Source of the DNA: Trichinella spiralis
Lineage: Eukaryota
DNA length: 64,000 nt
Direction: 5' to 3'
Assembly: GCF_000181795.1 (NCBI RefSeq)
Contig: NW_003526945.1
Location: 2,405,930-2,469,929 of the forward strand
Shown here piece after piece: positions 11,229 to 25,408 of the stretch. A model generated the notes under the pieces. That model had not been told where the DNA came from. It saw only the letters and a list, made by a program, of their open reading frames with translations, and searched no databases. How positions within the stretch are numbered: the first letter of the stretch is position 1; the number at the start of each line of letters is the position of its first letter. The position numbers were made by a program, and so were the translations under genes.

Positions 11229-14200
11229 TTAGCTTTGACTGACACCGGATGTGAGAACGTCATAGCATACGTTGCAGACTCGAACTGGCTTTGGAATGTC
11301 GTATTTTAAAATTGGCAAAAAGTGTTCACTACATTTAGTGCACAACAGTCGTCCACAGTGCCGGCTATAACATGGAAAAAAAAGAGAAGAATTTTGTTTC
11401 CAAATTTTCTCTTTCATAATTTTCATCTCCACTCACTCACCAATGGTGTTTTCTAGTAGTAATACCGAATTTCACTTTGCACTCTGAGCAAGAATCCCCC
11501 TCAGCCCATTTCGGCTCATGGTCAAGTTGATCTACAATTATGATCATTTCATTATGATCAACGAAACAAGAAGGAATTATATAAAATAAATAATAAAAAA
11601 ACATTGAGAAAGTAACAAACCTAAAATTCGAAATAAAAATTTCGGCGATGACATGGGATAGTTGAAAATGGATACAAAATGTCGATTGCAAACACCCACA
11701 CATGCGCCGGCTCTAATCGCTTCTCGACAAAGCAAATAATTTTCATTCATAAATGCAAATAACAATACTAAAATTGATCGTTGAATTGTAAAACAAAAGC
11801 AACATTCATATTACATGTATTGCCATCCGGATCGGGCATCTCAATCGGATAATCTGGAATGATGTCCATGATGGAGATGAGAATCGATGCTGCGTTCTCT
11901 TTGCCAAACAGACCGAGAAGATGCAAAATTCCATAACCCCTGTTGATTTTGGTATAAAATAAATTTCAATAATAATAATAGTACATGGAAGCAAAATTGA
12001 ATCTTCGAAGCAAAATACTTTGAATTTGCCAAAAATGGATTGATGTTCGATTCCGTGAGCAAAGTTTGAATGCATTCCAAACTGCCGTATTGTACAGCAA
12101 CGTGAAGCGCTGTACATTATTTTTTTAAAAAACTGAATTAAAATTTTTGATAAAAAGCATATTTCATATACAAACCATTGTTTCCCTCGTTGTCAAGTGC
12201 TGTAGCGTCGATTTGATTTTCCAACAAAATGCTGCACACAAAAGCTTTGTCATTTTGAGCAGCAATGTGCAAAGCAGTTTGTTTGGAACTAGTAGTGTCG
12301 TTGATTCTTGAACCAGCGCAAAGCTGCAATGGAATATTTTACATTTTCATTAAAAAAATGAACAAACATATATAATAACATTGGAAAAACAATACTGATT
12401 ACCAAATTTCGAATTATCAAATCATTGCCAACTCGACAAGCAATATGCAATGGGGAAAGTCGTTCACTGTCCTGTGTTCGCACGTTCACGTCCACATGCA
12501 CAGACAACAAAAACAAAAACAATTCAAAATCTTGCTTCTTAACCGCGTTATGCAATACATTATAACCAGCTGAATCAACCTGAATGGAACTTATTCACAA
12601 TGTTCAAATAACTTTTTTGCAATTATGCTATTTATCGCTTGCTTACAAAATAAAAATTAATTTTCTTGATAATTTGTTATAAAACTAATTATTTCCTTTG
12701 AACATAAAAATTTCTCATTTACAAATAAATGTTTATACTTGAAGAGCAACTTGGGGATTTCTTTTCAAAATGGCAACGCATATTTGATCTGCTTTGCCTT
12801 GTACAGCCCAGGCAAAAGGAGTGAGACCAGCTCTGTCGGGCATGTTCAGATCAATGTGATGCGACTGCAGAAGACGTTCCGTAATGGCCAAGTGTTGATT
12901 GATGACGGCCAAATGCAACGGAGTCTTGCCTTCAGAATCCTGGAACAAAAATTCACCTCACCGACAAATACCGAAGTTGAGGTTGATCTCCAGACAAACC
13001 TGCGCATTGATCGAAGCCCCGTAAGCAATCAGTGCCGAAACAACGTCCAGCAAACCCCACGTCGCAGCCATGTGCAGTGGTGTTTGCTTTTCTACGGCTT
13101 CGGAATGACCACTTCCAGAAGGACCCTCTTTTCGAATTGCATTCACATCACACTTACTAAAAATAAAGTTCAATTTCAATTTTCATCGACATCACTGGCC
13201 TCTTCCCAGTCGTAAGGTAGAAAAAAATTGCCTCCGTATATTTTACTTTTTGATCAAATAGCAAGCAATTCGTTCGTCGTTCTCGTCGATCGCGCGATGC
13301 AACATAGTCTGCATGCATCCATTAGGACCTGTTGACCAGCAGTCGACATCAGCGCCATGTTCGACCTATTGGAAATGCTCTTCTTTCAATTGAATAACAA
13401 AATTCAAATAAAATCAACGCCAAATGCTTCTTCATTTACCAATATATCGGCAATGGATTCGTGATTGGTGCACAAGGCAAACCAAAGTGGTGAATCACCA
13501 TTTGGATTTTTTGCCGCCAGATCAGCACCACACTGACACAATGCCGACACCACTGACGTGACGCCATGCTCTATTGCGAGGAAAAGTGGTGCCGGTGAAT
13601 TAGGCTCGACTGACGTTGGGCAGCATCCTTTCTTTATTAAATACAGCGCCCCTTCGACTGTACCGTTGCTAATTAGCCGAAATAGAAGCGATCGACCGTC
13701 TGGCATTTTCGCATTCACATCAGCCCCAAAATCAATCAACTTGTCCGCTACCTGATAATTTTAATCATTAGATTATTGTGTACAAAAAATTTATGATTGT
13801 TCTCACACTATAAAATCCCAACGATACTGCCAATGATAAAGCGCTGTCATCGTCGGAATTGTATATTTCAAACAACAATGGCACACGTCGACATCCATTC
13901 GATCCTGCTAGAACAAAGCACATGAATGATTTTTAACTGATTAGGAATATTCTTGTAGAAACAAAATAAAACAGCAGCAACGGCAAAATAATACAAACAG
14001 AAAATACCTTTCTCTCCGAGAAGCGAATCAATAACATGGGTATAGATACGACGAATGGCAACGTGTAAAGGTGTATCACGATTTTCTTTAGTCTGCACGT
14101 TCGGATTTGCTCCACTGTTTAGCAATATTTGTACCAACTGATCCAAGCCCGAACTGCTTGCCAAATACAACGCCGTCTCCCCCTACAGCGGTTCACATAA

Positions 14201-17031
14201 TATTCAAACATAAAAAAATAATATAATACAACAAAAATACAAACAACCTTAGCATTGGGTACGTCAACTGAAGCGCCTTTTTTTATGAGATAAATCGCAG
14301 CTTCCAAAAGACCATCAATGACGCACAAATTCAACAACGTATCACCAGAGCGTGGGCGGATGGCGTTGAAATTGGCGCCACGACTGATCAACGCCGATGC
14401 ATACTGGAATTCGGTATTATTTTTCGTCAACGCATACCACAGCGCTGGCAAGCCTTCGCGATTCAATATTTCCAAGTCCAGTTGTTGAATTTTCATCAGT
14501 CCGTCAAACAGTGCCACATTATCATGAATTATACTCAAGTGAAGTGGAGTACTGTATGAAAAAAGAAAGAAAGATCAAATTCATTGGCATAGTTTTGTCG
14601 ATGAAAATTTTTAATTAATCGCTTACTTCAAATGAGAATCGGTCGAATTGATCGAAGAAACGCTACCGGATAAGAATCGTTGAATCAAAGTGTTCAATAT
14701 TTCCTTATCAGTTGCCGATTCCGCTTTACAAGCAGCTACCACGTGAAGCAAATTGCCCCCGCCAACTGGATCAACGCAATCCAATCGAGCTGCGTGCTGC
14801 AGCAAAAATTCACACGCCCAATAATCTTCTTAAAAACAAAACCCCTGCATTGAAATTGTGCTTAAAAAAACAAACAAACATACGTTTTTTCAAAAAATAC
14901 AACAACAACGCCTCGCCGTTTTTGCTTTTCCCATCCACATCAGCGCCGTGGTCGATCAGTGTCCTGCAGGTAGCTTCTTGTCCACTAGCCAACGCCAAAG
15001 CGAGTGGACAATCGCCATGGACATTCATCAGTTCGTTCAATCGACTGCACAACTAGAAAATCAAACCCCAAAAATTGGCACAATTTACAAAATAAGCAGA
15101 TTTGTTTTCGTTTGTCACGTAAAACTATGCAATTCACCTTTGGACCTTTGTCTGCTAAGCAAAGATCAACGGCATCTTTTCTCTGAAGCAGAATCGCCTC
15201 ATGTAGTGGATATTTAAATTTCGACTCCAACAGTTCATGCAAAAGTACCCCAGATAAAATATCGAACCGATCGCGTGACATTTCATTCTGAAAATTAAAA
15301 TAAAAAGTAAAAGAACAAAAAAGAAATTCAATCCCAAATAATTAAAAATAAGCACATTCTTATTGAACGTGCTGCACGTGGCTTTGTTACCCGAAATGAA
15401 TATATTTTACTTGCTGCTGATTCCATCAATCGAGGTGCGTTCAGTTCATAGGCATGTTTGTAAAGTTCAATACAATTTTTCTCATCAACATAAGCAATCA
15501 AAAGCCGTTCACATCTGACATTAAACATTTTAAAATCAAACCAAAACAATAAGCAACAATTGACATATTGTGCAAACCTTTCAATTAATTGAGAAAGTCT
15601 GAAACGCTTGGCCACTTGCATCAATTCGATCAACATCATCTCGTCCAGGCGGTGATCCACTTCATCAGTGTAAATCCATTTCAGCAAAATATAGCCAATA
15701 TTATATGAAATATCTGAAATAAAAGAATAAAAAACAAACATTTTCTATTAATAAATCAAAACAATTGTAAAAATAAAATCATCGCATGTCACGGACTGTC
15801 AAACTTCAGAGCTGTCGTATTTGCCATTGCGGAAAAATTCCAGCAATCTGATCGTGCTGCCAAAACGTACCGATGACAAGGCACTTCATGACCGTCTAAC
15901 GTAACAGTCAAATCACTAAAAAAATGCAAACAAACAACGCGTGCAATTCATAATTTTTTCGCAACAACAAACAAACAAGAAAAATCATTCAAAAAAAGTT
16001 GTCTCTACCTGAAAATTTTACTTTCAAAAAGTTCCCGTGTATTCATCACTAGACGACGCGCAAATGATTTCTCTGGAAGTTCATCGAAATCGACGGACGC
16101 TTGCAGAGTTTCATATTTCTGCTCACATTCGATCAAGCTGTTTTGTACTTTTCGATATTCTTCACGAAGACTAGACAGCATTTGTTCCATTTGAACTAAA
16201 GCTAAAATGCAACAGATCAATAATCAACATTTTTTCATCCCATTTACAAAAGCTAGTCAAAAATGTAATACATTTTACTACATTAAAATCACAAAAGATA
16301 TTCTTCATTCAACTGATGCCAATAACGCTTTTAAAACAAATTATCATTTTATATAATAGAATTATGTATAACTCGAAAACTGTACTTTATCTAACAGAAA
16401 ATTAAATATTTTCTACATATATCCATTCAAGATCATATTAACCAATTAAAACAACAGAAAACATAAAAATAAACCACTAATACTATCATTTTTAACGTAA
16501 AATTTGCGGGCTAAATTAACCAAAAGCAAACACAACCAGTTTACCAAATCTATGAATCAACAGCATGTAGGTCAAAAGAATTTTAAATTATTCTGACAAA
16601 TGCATCATAAAATAAATACAACGCAAAATATATTATGCAAAAATTAACCTTTCAAAACACCTAAGAAGCCACCCAATTATACAAAAATCACCAATGAACA
16701 TTGATGTTCTTGTACGCATTTTGTCAATTACATTTTCGAAGTAAATTATCAAAAATTACTTTCACAAAAATACTATCAGTACATTACTTTTCATATAAAC
16801 AAACATTCTACTAACAGAATTAAATTATAGCATAACATGAAATAATGACTAACTTAGGAAGTGCAATTTAAAAGTATTTGCGGCATACAACTAAATCCCG
16901 TCAATTCCATTTAAAGTAAAACATATATTGCATACAACCCACACAACTTGTAAAACCGCAAAACTTTTCTTACAGAAGTTAAAAAATGCATTACTTGTTG
17001 CTTTGTCTGTTGAATCATTTAAAGTTGCCAT
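11229..17031 (-). CDS. ANKFY1: Rabankyrin-5 / ankyrin repeat and FYVE domain-containing protein 1 (multi-exon)
   Basis: N-terminal coiled coil (QMEQMLSSLREEYRKVQ), BTB domain (SDLTVTLDGHEVPCHRYVLAARS), many ankyrin repeats (TPLHLAV, TPLHMAA, SPLHIAC, TALHIAA) and a C-terminal FYVE finger (WAEGDSCSEC..F...RKHHCRHCG..C..C...RVC..C). The first exon, 17031-16995 (MATLNDSTDKAT), splices in phase to the exon starting at 16195; the start is less certain than the rest. Confidence 0.92.
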
Positions 17032-20000
17032 TATTTACTTCTAAAAAGGCAACATAATTATTTGTAAAAATGAATGGCACTTCAGAGAAGCAATCATTTT
17101 CAAATACGACCATAATGCTGCGTACCGGTTAAAATATTGTACGTTAAGTAATTTATAAAATCGCTTGCAAATGATGAAATCAGAGCAGGAAAGCTTTTTT
17201 CATATAATTTTAAAATACAAGCACATTTGCTGAAATACAGTTGCACATAAATAAAACCAAAGTAACTGTAGGACTTTTTCAGCTATCATCAAAACTAGTC
17301 ATACTGTAGTTGATGTTCACGTATAATAAAGTTTCAACTGAATGAAAGATTTTTATAAAAAAATAAGCACATTATATTTTACTTTTTAATATACTTTTAG
17401 TATTGATCATTAATTAATTTTTCAATCATACAAAGCTATATTTTTAACAAAATAACAAAACAGTTTTTACACTTGCCCAGTTTGCATTTTACTCATTTTA
17501 TTTAGAAATTTATTCAAGTATTTCATTTGTTTCAGACAAAAATGCATAAAATTTTAGAAAACTTTTTCCAGTTTTGCTTTTTATAAAAATTAAAGCTAAA
17601 TAATTTTCAATTTATATTTAGCTAACAAGTGTTGACTTAAAGGCTTAAACTTTGTTCATTTTATTGTTACATTACAACTGTAATCGAGGATATTTGACAA
17701 AGTTTTATAATTTACAAAGTTGATGTAGTAATATAATAAAAATTTATAATAAAAACATTACAAAGCTACTTATTTTTCTAAACAGTTGTTGAATTTTGAT
17801 GATGTTTCAATCAATGATTACATATTTGCCATATTGAACTGATTATAATGAATAATAATTGTTCTGTGAAAAAGTTTTCATAATTGGGAGGCTTTCAATA
17901 GAAGGTTTGCGTTGCTAAATATACTAATATTAAAGATTTGTGCAAGTTTTTTCGGCATTTTTTCATTTGCATTTAACAGCATTCAACTGAAATACTCTAT
18001 GGTATATTTTTAAAATTTAACATAAAACTGTATTTTACACTCAAAAACAATATTTTTAATTTGATAACTTGCCATTAAATACAGACTTGTATTTATTTTG
18101 TTTGCATCAAATAAAAAGCCTCAAACTGATCATTTTACATTACATAATTCAATATGGTTGTTTGCATTTTTATGAAAATTGGAAGATTGTATTACTAGAA
18201 TGATTTCGTTTAAAATGAAAAATAAATTGAAATAAAATATTTATTTAATATAATTGCAACATGAAAAAAAGAAGCGTCGAATTATTCGCATTTAGCAATT
18301 CTCCACACATAAGTTTATCTATAAATCATGAGCACAGTGAAATTTTCATTGAATTCAAATTATAATTACACAATGCATAGAAAAAGTAAAAGAAAAATCA
18401 TCAGCAGAAATAAATGGCAATTCCATGAATGTATATAAAGAAGTTTTCATTTCATCACTGAAATAAAAAATCATTGCTAAATAATTGTAATGATGTTGAA
18501 ATGCTTATATACTAAGGAAATTTTATTTTTCTTATGTGATATTGCTAAAAACTAAACTATTTGAATACGTCACGAGCAGGAGAAGAAAAATAAAATATGA
18601 ATTTTTGCATTATGCCGTTGCAATATGATTGTAACACTTTAGGTCTAAATTTAAAAGAGTTTTCAAGTAAACAATGTAGCAGCTATACGTGCTATCTGAA
18701 AAAATAATAATAATTCATTCATTCATTCAGAGCCTGAGGCAATTAAAGCATCTCCTGCTTGAAACAACAAGAAAAACGTTGAATGATCATCTCTCAGTGA
18801 AGAAACGAGCTGCTTCTTCCTCATTGCACGTAATTAAATACAAGTCCTTTGAAAATTTGACGTAAAAATGACATTAGGCACTGCCAATACTAATTACAAG
18901 GAGTGATCATGAAGCAGACTTCAAATGCTAAGGAAAAAAACGGAAAAACATCTTCATGTCATTAATTTCTGTAAAACATCAATAAAACTAGCAATAGTGT
19001 CGTGGAATTGAGATTGCAGCTCAGAAAATCCGTAATTATCATTGAAAGCTTTACAGTCATGTATTGCAAAACGACATCTCTGTCATTGTGTTGAATCAAT
19101 AATAAATTTCCAGCCTTAGATCAATCGATCAATAACATTTCTCGTTATGAGCAAGAAAAACACTGAACAATAAAACGCGGCTATCATATTATAAACTACA
19201 AATAATAATCGACTGAACATGTAAATAAATTTGAATTATCCGACACCATTATAAATATCTATTATGGGAAAATTGTAAATATTTTGCTGAATACATGGCT
19301 AAACATATTGATATTCATTCAAATTGTCCATTTCCAAATTCAATGCTTGAAATGAAAATCTGCTTTTCGACAGTACGAAATAAAAGCTGCAAAGCAGACA
19401 GAATATTCTACTAATAGCTCATTTGAAAATTGATTACCAAGTAAAAAACAAAAAAAAGATTAAAGACGAATCGCTTAACTTGAATCACTTTTGTCACATA
19501 TATCTAAATACTGAATAATGAAATCCAATTTCAGCATTTTAATAATTGAATTTGTGTAATAAATTTCATTTTCAAACTTGCTCGGTTGTTTACATCTACT
19601 GAAATGATTGCAGCCAACCTGAACAAGGCAAATATTTGAAATCTTTGAACAAAGCCTGCAAAATTTCTGCACAAATTGCCTGCACATTTGCTAGTAATTG
19701 CGTTTTGTTTTTCCTCGTGTCCATTATTGACAGTAATAATGCTTTTTTTTCAATTTTCAAATGCAAAACCAAAATTAGTAACCAACAAGAATTTTATACC
19801 ATTTAAAGGAGATGACAAATAAAACCGGTTTCTGTGCAATGACTGGAATAGCTGTTTGTCTAGCCGTCGCGTTCACCGTCCTCTGGTACAGTACATTATA
19901 ACTGAACAAAAGATATAATTCAATACGTTTGGAAAAATTAATATTTCTTTTTATATTTCAAAATCAAAATAAAAAACCCAGTGAAATTACACATGCAGCC

Positions 20001-20474
20001 AATCTTAGGCAAACCTGTGACATGTAATCATGACCTTCAAGATTAATTTGCTTCATTTTAAAAGTATAAATGACAGTTTAAATATATTTACAGTATCTTT
20101 AGATGACGTGTACTAAAATTTAAAAAAAAGAATGCCGTCTTAATGAACATTAGACTTCACTTGCAAACTGCGGGCAATTTTAAATTTGAAAAAATAACAC
20201 AGACTAGTGCATTAGAGTTTGCGCGGTGGTCAAAATTGTAAATTCTTGTAATTGGTAATTCCGCTTCAAATTAAACGAATTGAAAATGAGGAAGCATTCA
20301 GTGATCTTGATTTTCTTTTTTTTGGACAGTAACAAGTTGTGCTGTACTAGTCGTCAGTGTTTCCACGTGTTCATTGGTGGTGCTCAGTTCATTTGACCTC
20401 GTATTGTCGACACGTCGGTTGCTTCGTTCACGTCTTCTCACATTCGTTTCTGATCAAGAGAATTAAGTAAAAAG

Positions 20475-23400
20475 ATGTATCCAAATAACGTTAGCAGTCA
20501 AACCCCGCAGCCTGCACCTGTCTCTTCCCCACCTTTGATGCGTGGTATTGGAAAAATGGCTCTGGGCGGTGATTCCATTGTGATACGTGGCCAACCGAAA
20601 GGCGGGCCGCCTCCCGAACGTCTTATCAACCTGAGCAATGTTATTTCCCCAAAGTTGGCTCGGCGTCAGGCCGATTCGACTGCTACTGATTCCCAAGATG
20701 AAGTATACCTACTTCTATGATGAGTCCCTCATCTTCTTCCTTTCCTTACCTTTTCTGTCTTGTCTTATACTTGTCCTTTCTCTCTGACCAATATTTTTTT
20801 AATTTTTGTCTAATCTTTTTCAGCTGTATAAGTTGAATTTAAATAATACAACTTTGTTTAGCCCTACGCTTGGGAAGCCAGAGAAGCACTTCGAAAGCTG
20901 GTCGTTGGCCATGAGTTGTTGTTCACCGTAGATTATAAAGTGCCGACAAGCGGCAGAGAATATGGAAGCGTTTTCGTTACTATAGGTAATTAATATTATA
21001 ATTCACGGTGAAGAAGATCGCCTTCATCATTTTTCAGACGGTAAACGTCAGAATGTCGCCGAGACACTAGTAAGCCAAGGTTGGCTGGAAGTGCGTCAGA
21101 GTGGCGTGAAAAGCAACGAGTAAATTTCCTGAGTCTGCAATTGTATAATAAAAATTTAATCAGTCTGCGTTTTTTATTCAGTGATGCAGTGAAGCGTCTG
21201 TTGGAATTGCAGAACACGGCGAAGGCGAATTCAAAAGGCAAATGGCAAGCAGATGATGCGACAAAGCATGTCCGCCAAATCATCTGGTCAACAGCAAACC
21301 CCAGAAGCTTGGTCGAATCTTTCAACCGCAGTCGCATCAAAGCGGTCATCGAGCATGTCCGGGACGGCTGCACCGTCAGAGCTTTTCTACTACCCTCTTT
21401 TCATTACGTGACCATCATGATTTCTGGCATTCGAGTACGTTATCTTTCCAATATTTATTGTTTCTCTCTTATTTTAACGCGCTTCTTCCTTGTTTTCTGT
21501 TTCGCGCAAAAAAACGTAAATAAATTTAAACATGATTAATTAGATAAATAGCTGTACTTCGTTTTTTTTTATCTTTAAAATTTTATCATTCTTTTGTTTC
21601 ACAAACGGGGCTTTTCAGACTCACTTTCATCATTTGATTCCATAGTCGACTTAGTTTACCTTTCGTCGAATGATGTTCTTGTTTTCTTTTCTGACGTCTG
21701 TTGACGAGGATTGCTAATGGAGAGATTGTTTATGTAACTTCATCACCGTAGATTGTTCGACTTCTCTCACTGCTGCTGTTCAAGTGGTTACATAACACTA
21801 TCTACTGTATTCTCTTTTTGATACTCAAGCTTTTTTTCATTGTTAGATATACTGTAAAATATATACTGCAAAAAAAATTTTTTTCAAATATATTTTTAAA
21901 GTATTTTTTTTTATTTTTTGGGGTAGTAAGTTTATGAAATAGATTTATTAAGTAGATGGACATTTTTGTGGATTCACAGGTGGATCGCTTTAAGATTCGG
22001 AGTCCATAAGTTAAATATGTTGAAATGCAGTTCAATGAATGAAGTTTTGTGCCGGTAGACCATGACTTTCAGTTGCTAGTTTCTTTTTTCTGTAGTACCT
22101 AATACAGATTGCATGGTGATCGATCATTTCAAAAGATTGATTAGGTTGCATTTTCTATATAACTCTATAAGTATTTCCTTGTTTTATCAGATGCTTGGAT
22201 GTAATTACATTGAAGATGTAATGTATAGTCTTATTAAACAAAGAATTGTTTACTCTGACGTAGTTTTCGAATTATGATGAGGGAATAGTAAACTTATTAT
22301 TATTTATTTTTTTGTTAGTACCTACTGCGTAATGATTGTTGTTTTTGCTTTGTGTGTGCTTTGAAGCTACTCATGACATGACATAACGTCTGATTTTTAT
22401 GTTTTCAAGGAAGTATTATTCTTTCGAATAGTTTTATGGTTTGATGATATATTTTTATTACGCATGTATGTATGTGTATTTTTCAGACTCCAACATTCAA
22501 ACTTGGTGAAGGTGGAATGATACAAGATCCAGAACCATTTGCGGAAGAAGCGAAATTTTTTACAGAATGTCGTCTGCTTCAGAATGATGTGGAAGTTATA
22601 TTGGAAGGCGCGTCGAATCAGAATTTTTTGGGCACTGTGTTGCATAAGGTTTTTTTTATAAAAGCAAGTATTTTTTTAAATTTCCAACTATTTTTCACTT
22701 CAGCATGGAAATATTGCCGAAGCGTTGTTGAAAGAAGGCTTCGCCAAGTGTGTAGACTGGAGCATGCCTTTGGTAACCTCTGGGCCGGAGAAGTTGCGTG
22801 AAGCTGAACGGTACGTGATTGCAGATTTTGTTATTTTAATTAAAATTTTATTGGTTTCAGTCAAGCGAAAGAGCGTCGCCTTCGATTGTGGAAAAATTAC
22901 GAACCGAGTCACGCGAAAGCCGCAGGTGAAAACAGTTTTCAGGCGAAGGTTGTGGAAATTACCCTTGGCGATTCGATGATAATCAAAAAGCAGGACGGGA
23001 TGTACCAGAAAATATTCCTGTCATCAGTCAGACCACCACGGTGAGTGAACAGATTAACAATTGAAAGACTGCAAAAGAAGAAGAAGAAAATTGATGATGA
23101 TGATGATGATGATGAGGAGGAGGAGGAGGAGGATGTTCGTTCTGACTGAATGATTGACTGAAGTCACTGTTTTCAGGTTGGAAGATGCTGGCTTAGTGAG
23201 AGAAACTCAGTCGGGTCGACAATTCAGACCTTTGTACGACATTCCATTTATGTTTGCAGCTCGAGAAGTGTTGCGCAAAAAATTGATTGGCAAAAAGGTG
23301 AACGTGACGATCGATTACGTTCAGCCGAGCGTCAATCAGTTGCCGGAGAGGACTTGTTGCACGGTGGTCTTCGGCGGACAGTATGTTAATATGCTATTCA

Positions 23401-25408
23401 AATTTTGTCATTTGAAATTATTATTTTGGTGTATTTTTAGAAATATGGCCGAACTGTTGGTTAGCAAAGGTTTGGCTACAGTTGTACGGAATAGACAAGG
23501 GGACGAAAATCGATCACCTTTCTACGACAATCTTCTAACTGCTGAAGCAGCTGCTGAAAAGGCTCGTCTTGGCATTCACTCACTCAAGCATTCGGTCGAC
23601 GCCAACCACATGGAAACCGCCAACATTTACAATACAAGCGAAAAGCAAATTGTACGACTTCAAGAACTACAAGGGGTAGGGGGTGGATTTCTTTATTTTC
23701 GCTTTTCTTTATTTCCCCTGATACTCCATTTCAGAATGTTGCGAAGAGTAAGCAATTTTTGCCGTTTTTGATTCGATCAGGACGCACCGACGGTTTGGTA
23801 GAGTTTGTTGTGACGGGCAGTCGTTTGCGCATTTTTGTACCCAAAGAGTCCATTATGATAACTCTTCTTCTCGGAGGTTGGTTGGTTTATTTCATGATGC
23901 ATCTGTTTTTGTTCTTCATTTTATTCGTCGGATAATGTCGTCAGTATTGTTTATTTTATTTCATTTCATTATTATCAATTACGAAGGTGTCAGTTGTCCA
24001 AGACCTGGAAGAATGACCAAAGGCGGTGGTGCAGCAGAAGCTGAAGACGAACCGTTTAGCCAAGAAGCGCTGCAGTTTACGAAAGATTTTTGCTTACAAC
24101 GAGAAGTATTTTTCTGTTTTGTTTTGTTTAATTTACTATTTCAATTTAAATTGTTTTTTCAGGTTGAATTCGAAGTTGAATCCGTCGACAAAGCCGGCAA
24201 TTTCATCGGCTGGTGTTTTTTTCATGGCAAAAATTTGTCCGAGCTGCTTGTGGAGAACGGCCTCGCTGCGGTTCACTTCACCGCCGACAGGTCGAAATAC
24301 GGTCCAGCATTGAGAGCCGCCGAAATGCGTGCCAAAGAAGCGAAGTTGAAAATTTGGACCCTAGCTTATTACGACGATGAGGCCGAAGAATTGAACGATG
24401 CGGACGATTTGGAAAAAGGCCCCTCGGCCACCCCTTCGGCCGGTATCGTTCCGGAGCGAGTGCCGCAGTACAAAGCCGTTCTGGTGACGGAGATATGTGA
24501 AAATTTGAAATTTTACATTCAATATTTCGATCAAGGTACCAAATGTGCAATTGTATTGCAATATTAATAATTCGCATTATTAACTGAAATAGGTTCGCAG
24601 TTGGAGCAGATGATGAAGGAGATGCGGACTGCACTGAATGCCGATCCTGGCAGGCAAGGGGCATTTGTTCCCAAAAAGGGCGATGTTTGTGCTGCGTTGT
24701 TCAGCGCAGATCAGCAGTGGTATCGAGCTCGAGTCGAAGCTGTCCGAAAAGACGAAATTGACGTGTTTTATATTGATTTTGGAAACGTATGATTTTACTC
24801 GCGATCAATATCAATTAGTATATCTATCTGTTGGTGATAATTTATCTGAAACAAAAATTACATTTAGAGAGAAGCCAGAAAGCAAAATGAGCTGGCCAGT
24901 TTGCCAGCAGGATTCGCTTCACGTCCTCCTGGAGCAAGGGAATGCGCGTTTGCTTTGCTCAAGCTTCCGGATGATGTAGGTTTTTTTTCTTGCTCTTAAA
25001 TTCAATTATTGCATGCAAATTTATTCATTCCAGGCCGATTATTGCACAGCTGCGGTGAAGCACTTTTATAAGGAGGTGAACGGGGAACAGTGTTTGATGA
25101 ATATGGAATATCGTCTTGGTGGTGTGGAATATGTCACTTTGCTTCGAGCCGATCAAAGTGACATTGGAAAATCGTTGATTCGAAACGGCTATTGTCTGGT
25201 GGAACAACGTCGTGATCGGAAAATGCAGCTGCAACTTGCTGACTATTTACAAGCTCAGGAATCTGCGAAATCGGAAAGGGTATGCAAATAATTTGTAAAT
25301 GATAATCTGAAAAGTGGGGAAAATTTTTTTTTTATATTATTTGTTTCCCGTTTTCTTTTCCAGTTGAATATTTGGCAATATGGTGATTTTACTGGAAATG
25401 AATTGTAA
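20475..25408 (+). CDS. SND1: Staphylococcal nuclease domain-containing protein 1 (Tudor-SN / TSN-1)
   Basis: [79 protein letters not shown], Tudor domain ([19 protein letters not shown]...YIDFGN) and C-terminal LNIWQYGDF. All introns checked are GT-AG and in phase; stop TAA at 25406-25408. Confidence 0.96.
23092..23135. repeat. Compound (GAT)n(GAG)n microsatellite in an SND1 intron
   Basis: Read directly between the donor at 23041 and the acceptor at 23176. Confidence 0.9.

Noticed and set aside
22274..22393. ATGATGA...CTGA in the long SND1 intron as a box C/D snoRNA
   Set aside because: No terminal stem, low-complexity T-rich interior, and no rRNA guide that I can recognise.
23381..24162. 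SND1 ORFs reading through 60-nt and 57-nt in-frame introns
   Set aside because: The read-through peptides are Phe/Leu-rich intron-like sequence interrupting conserved SN domains; these are ordinary introns.
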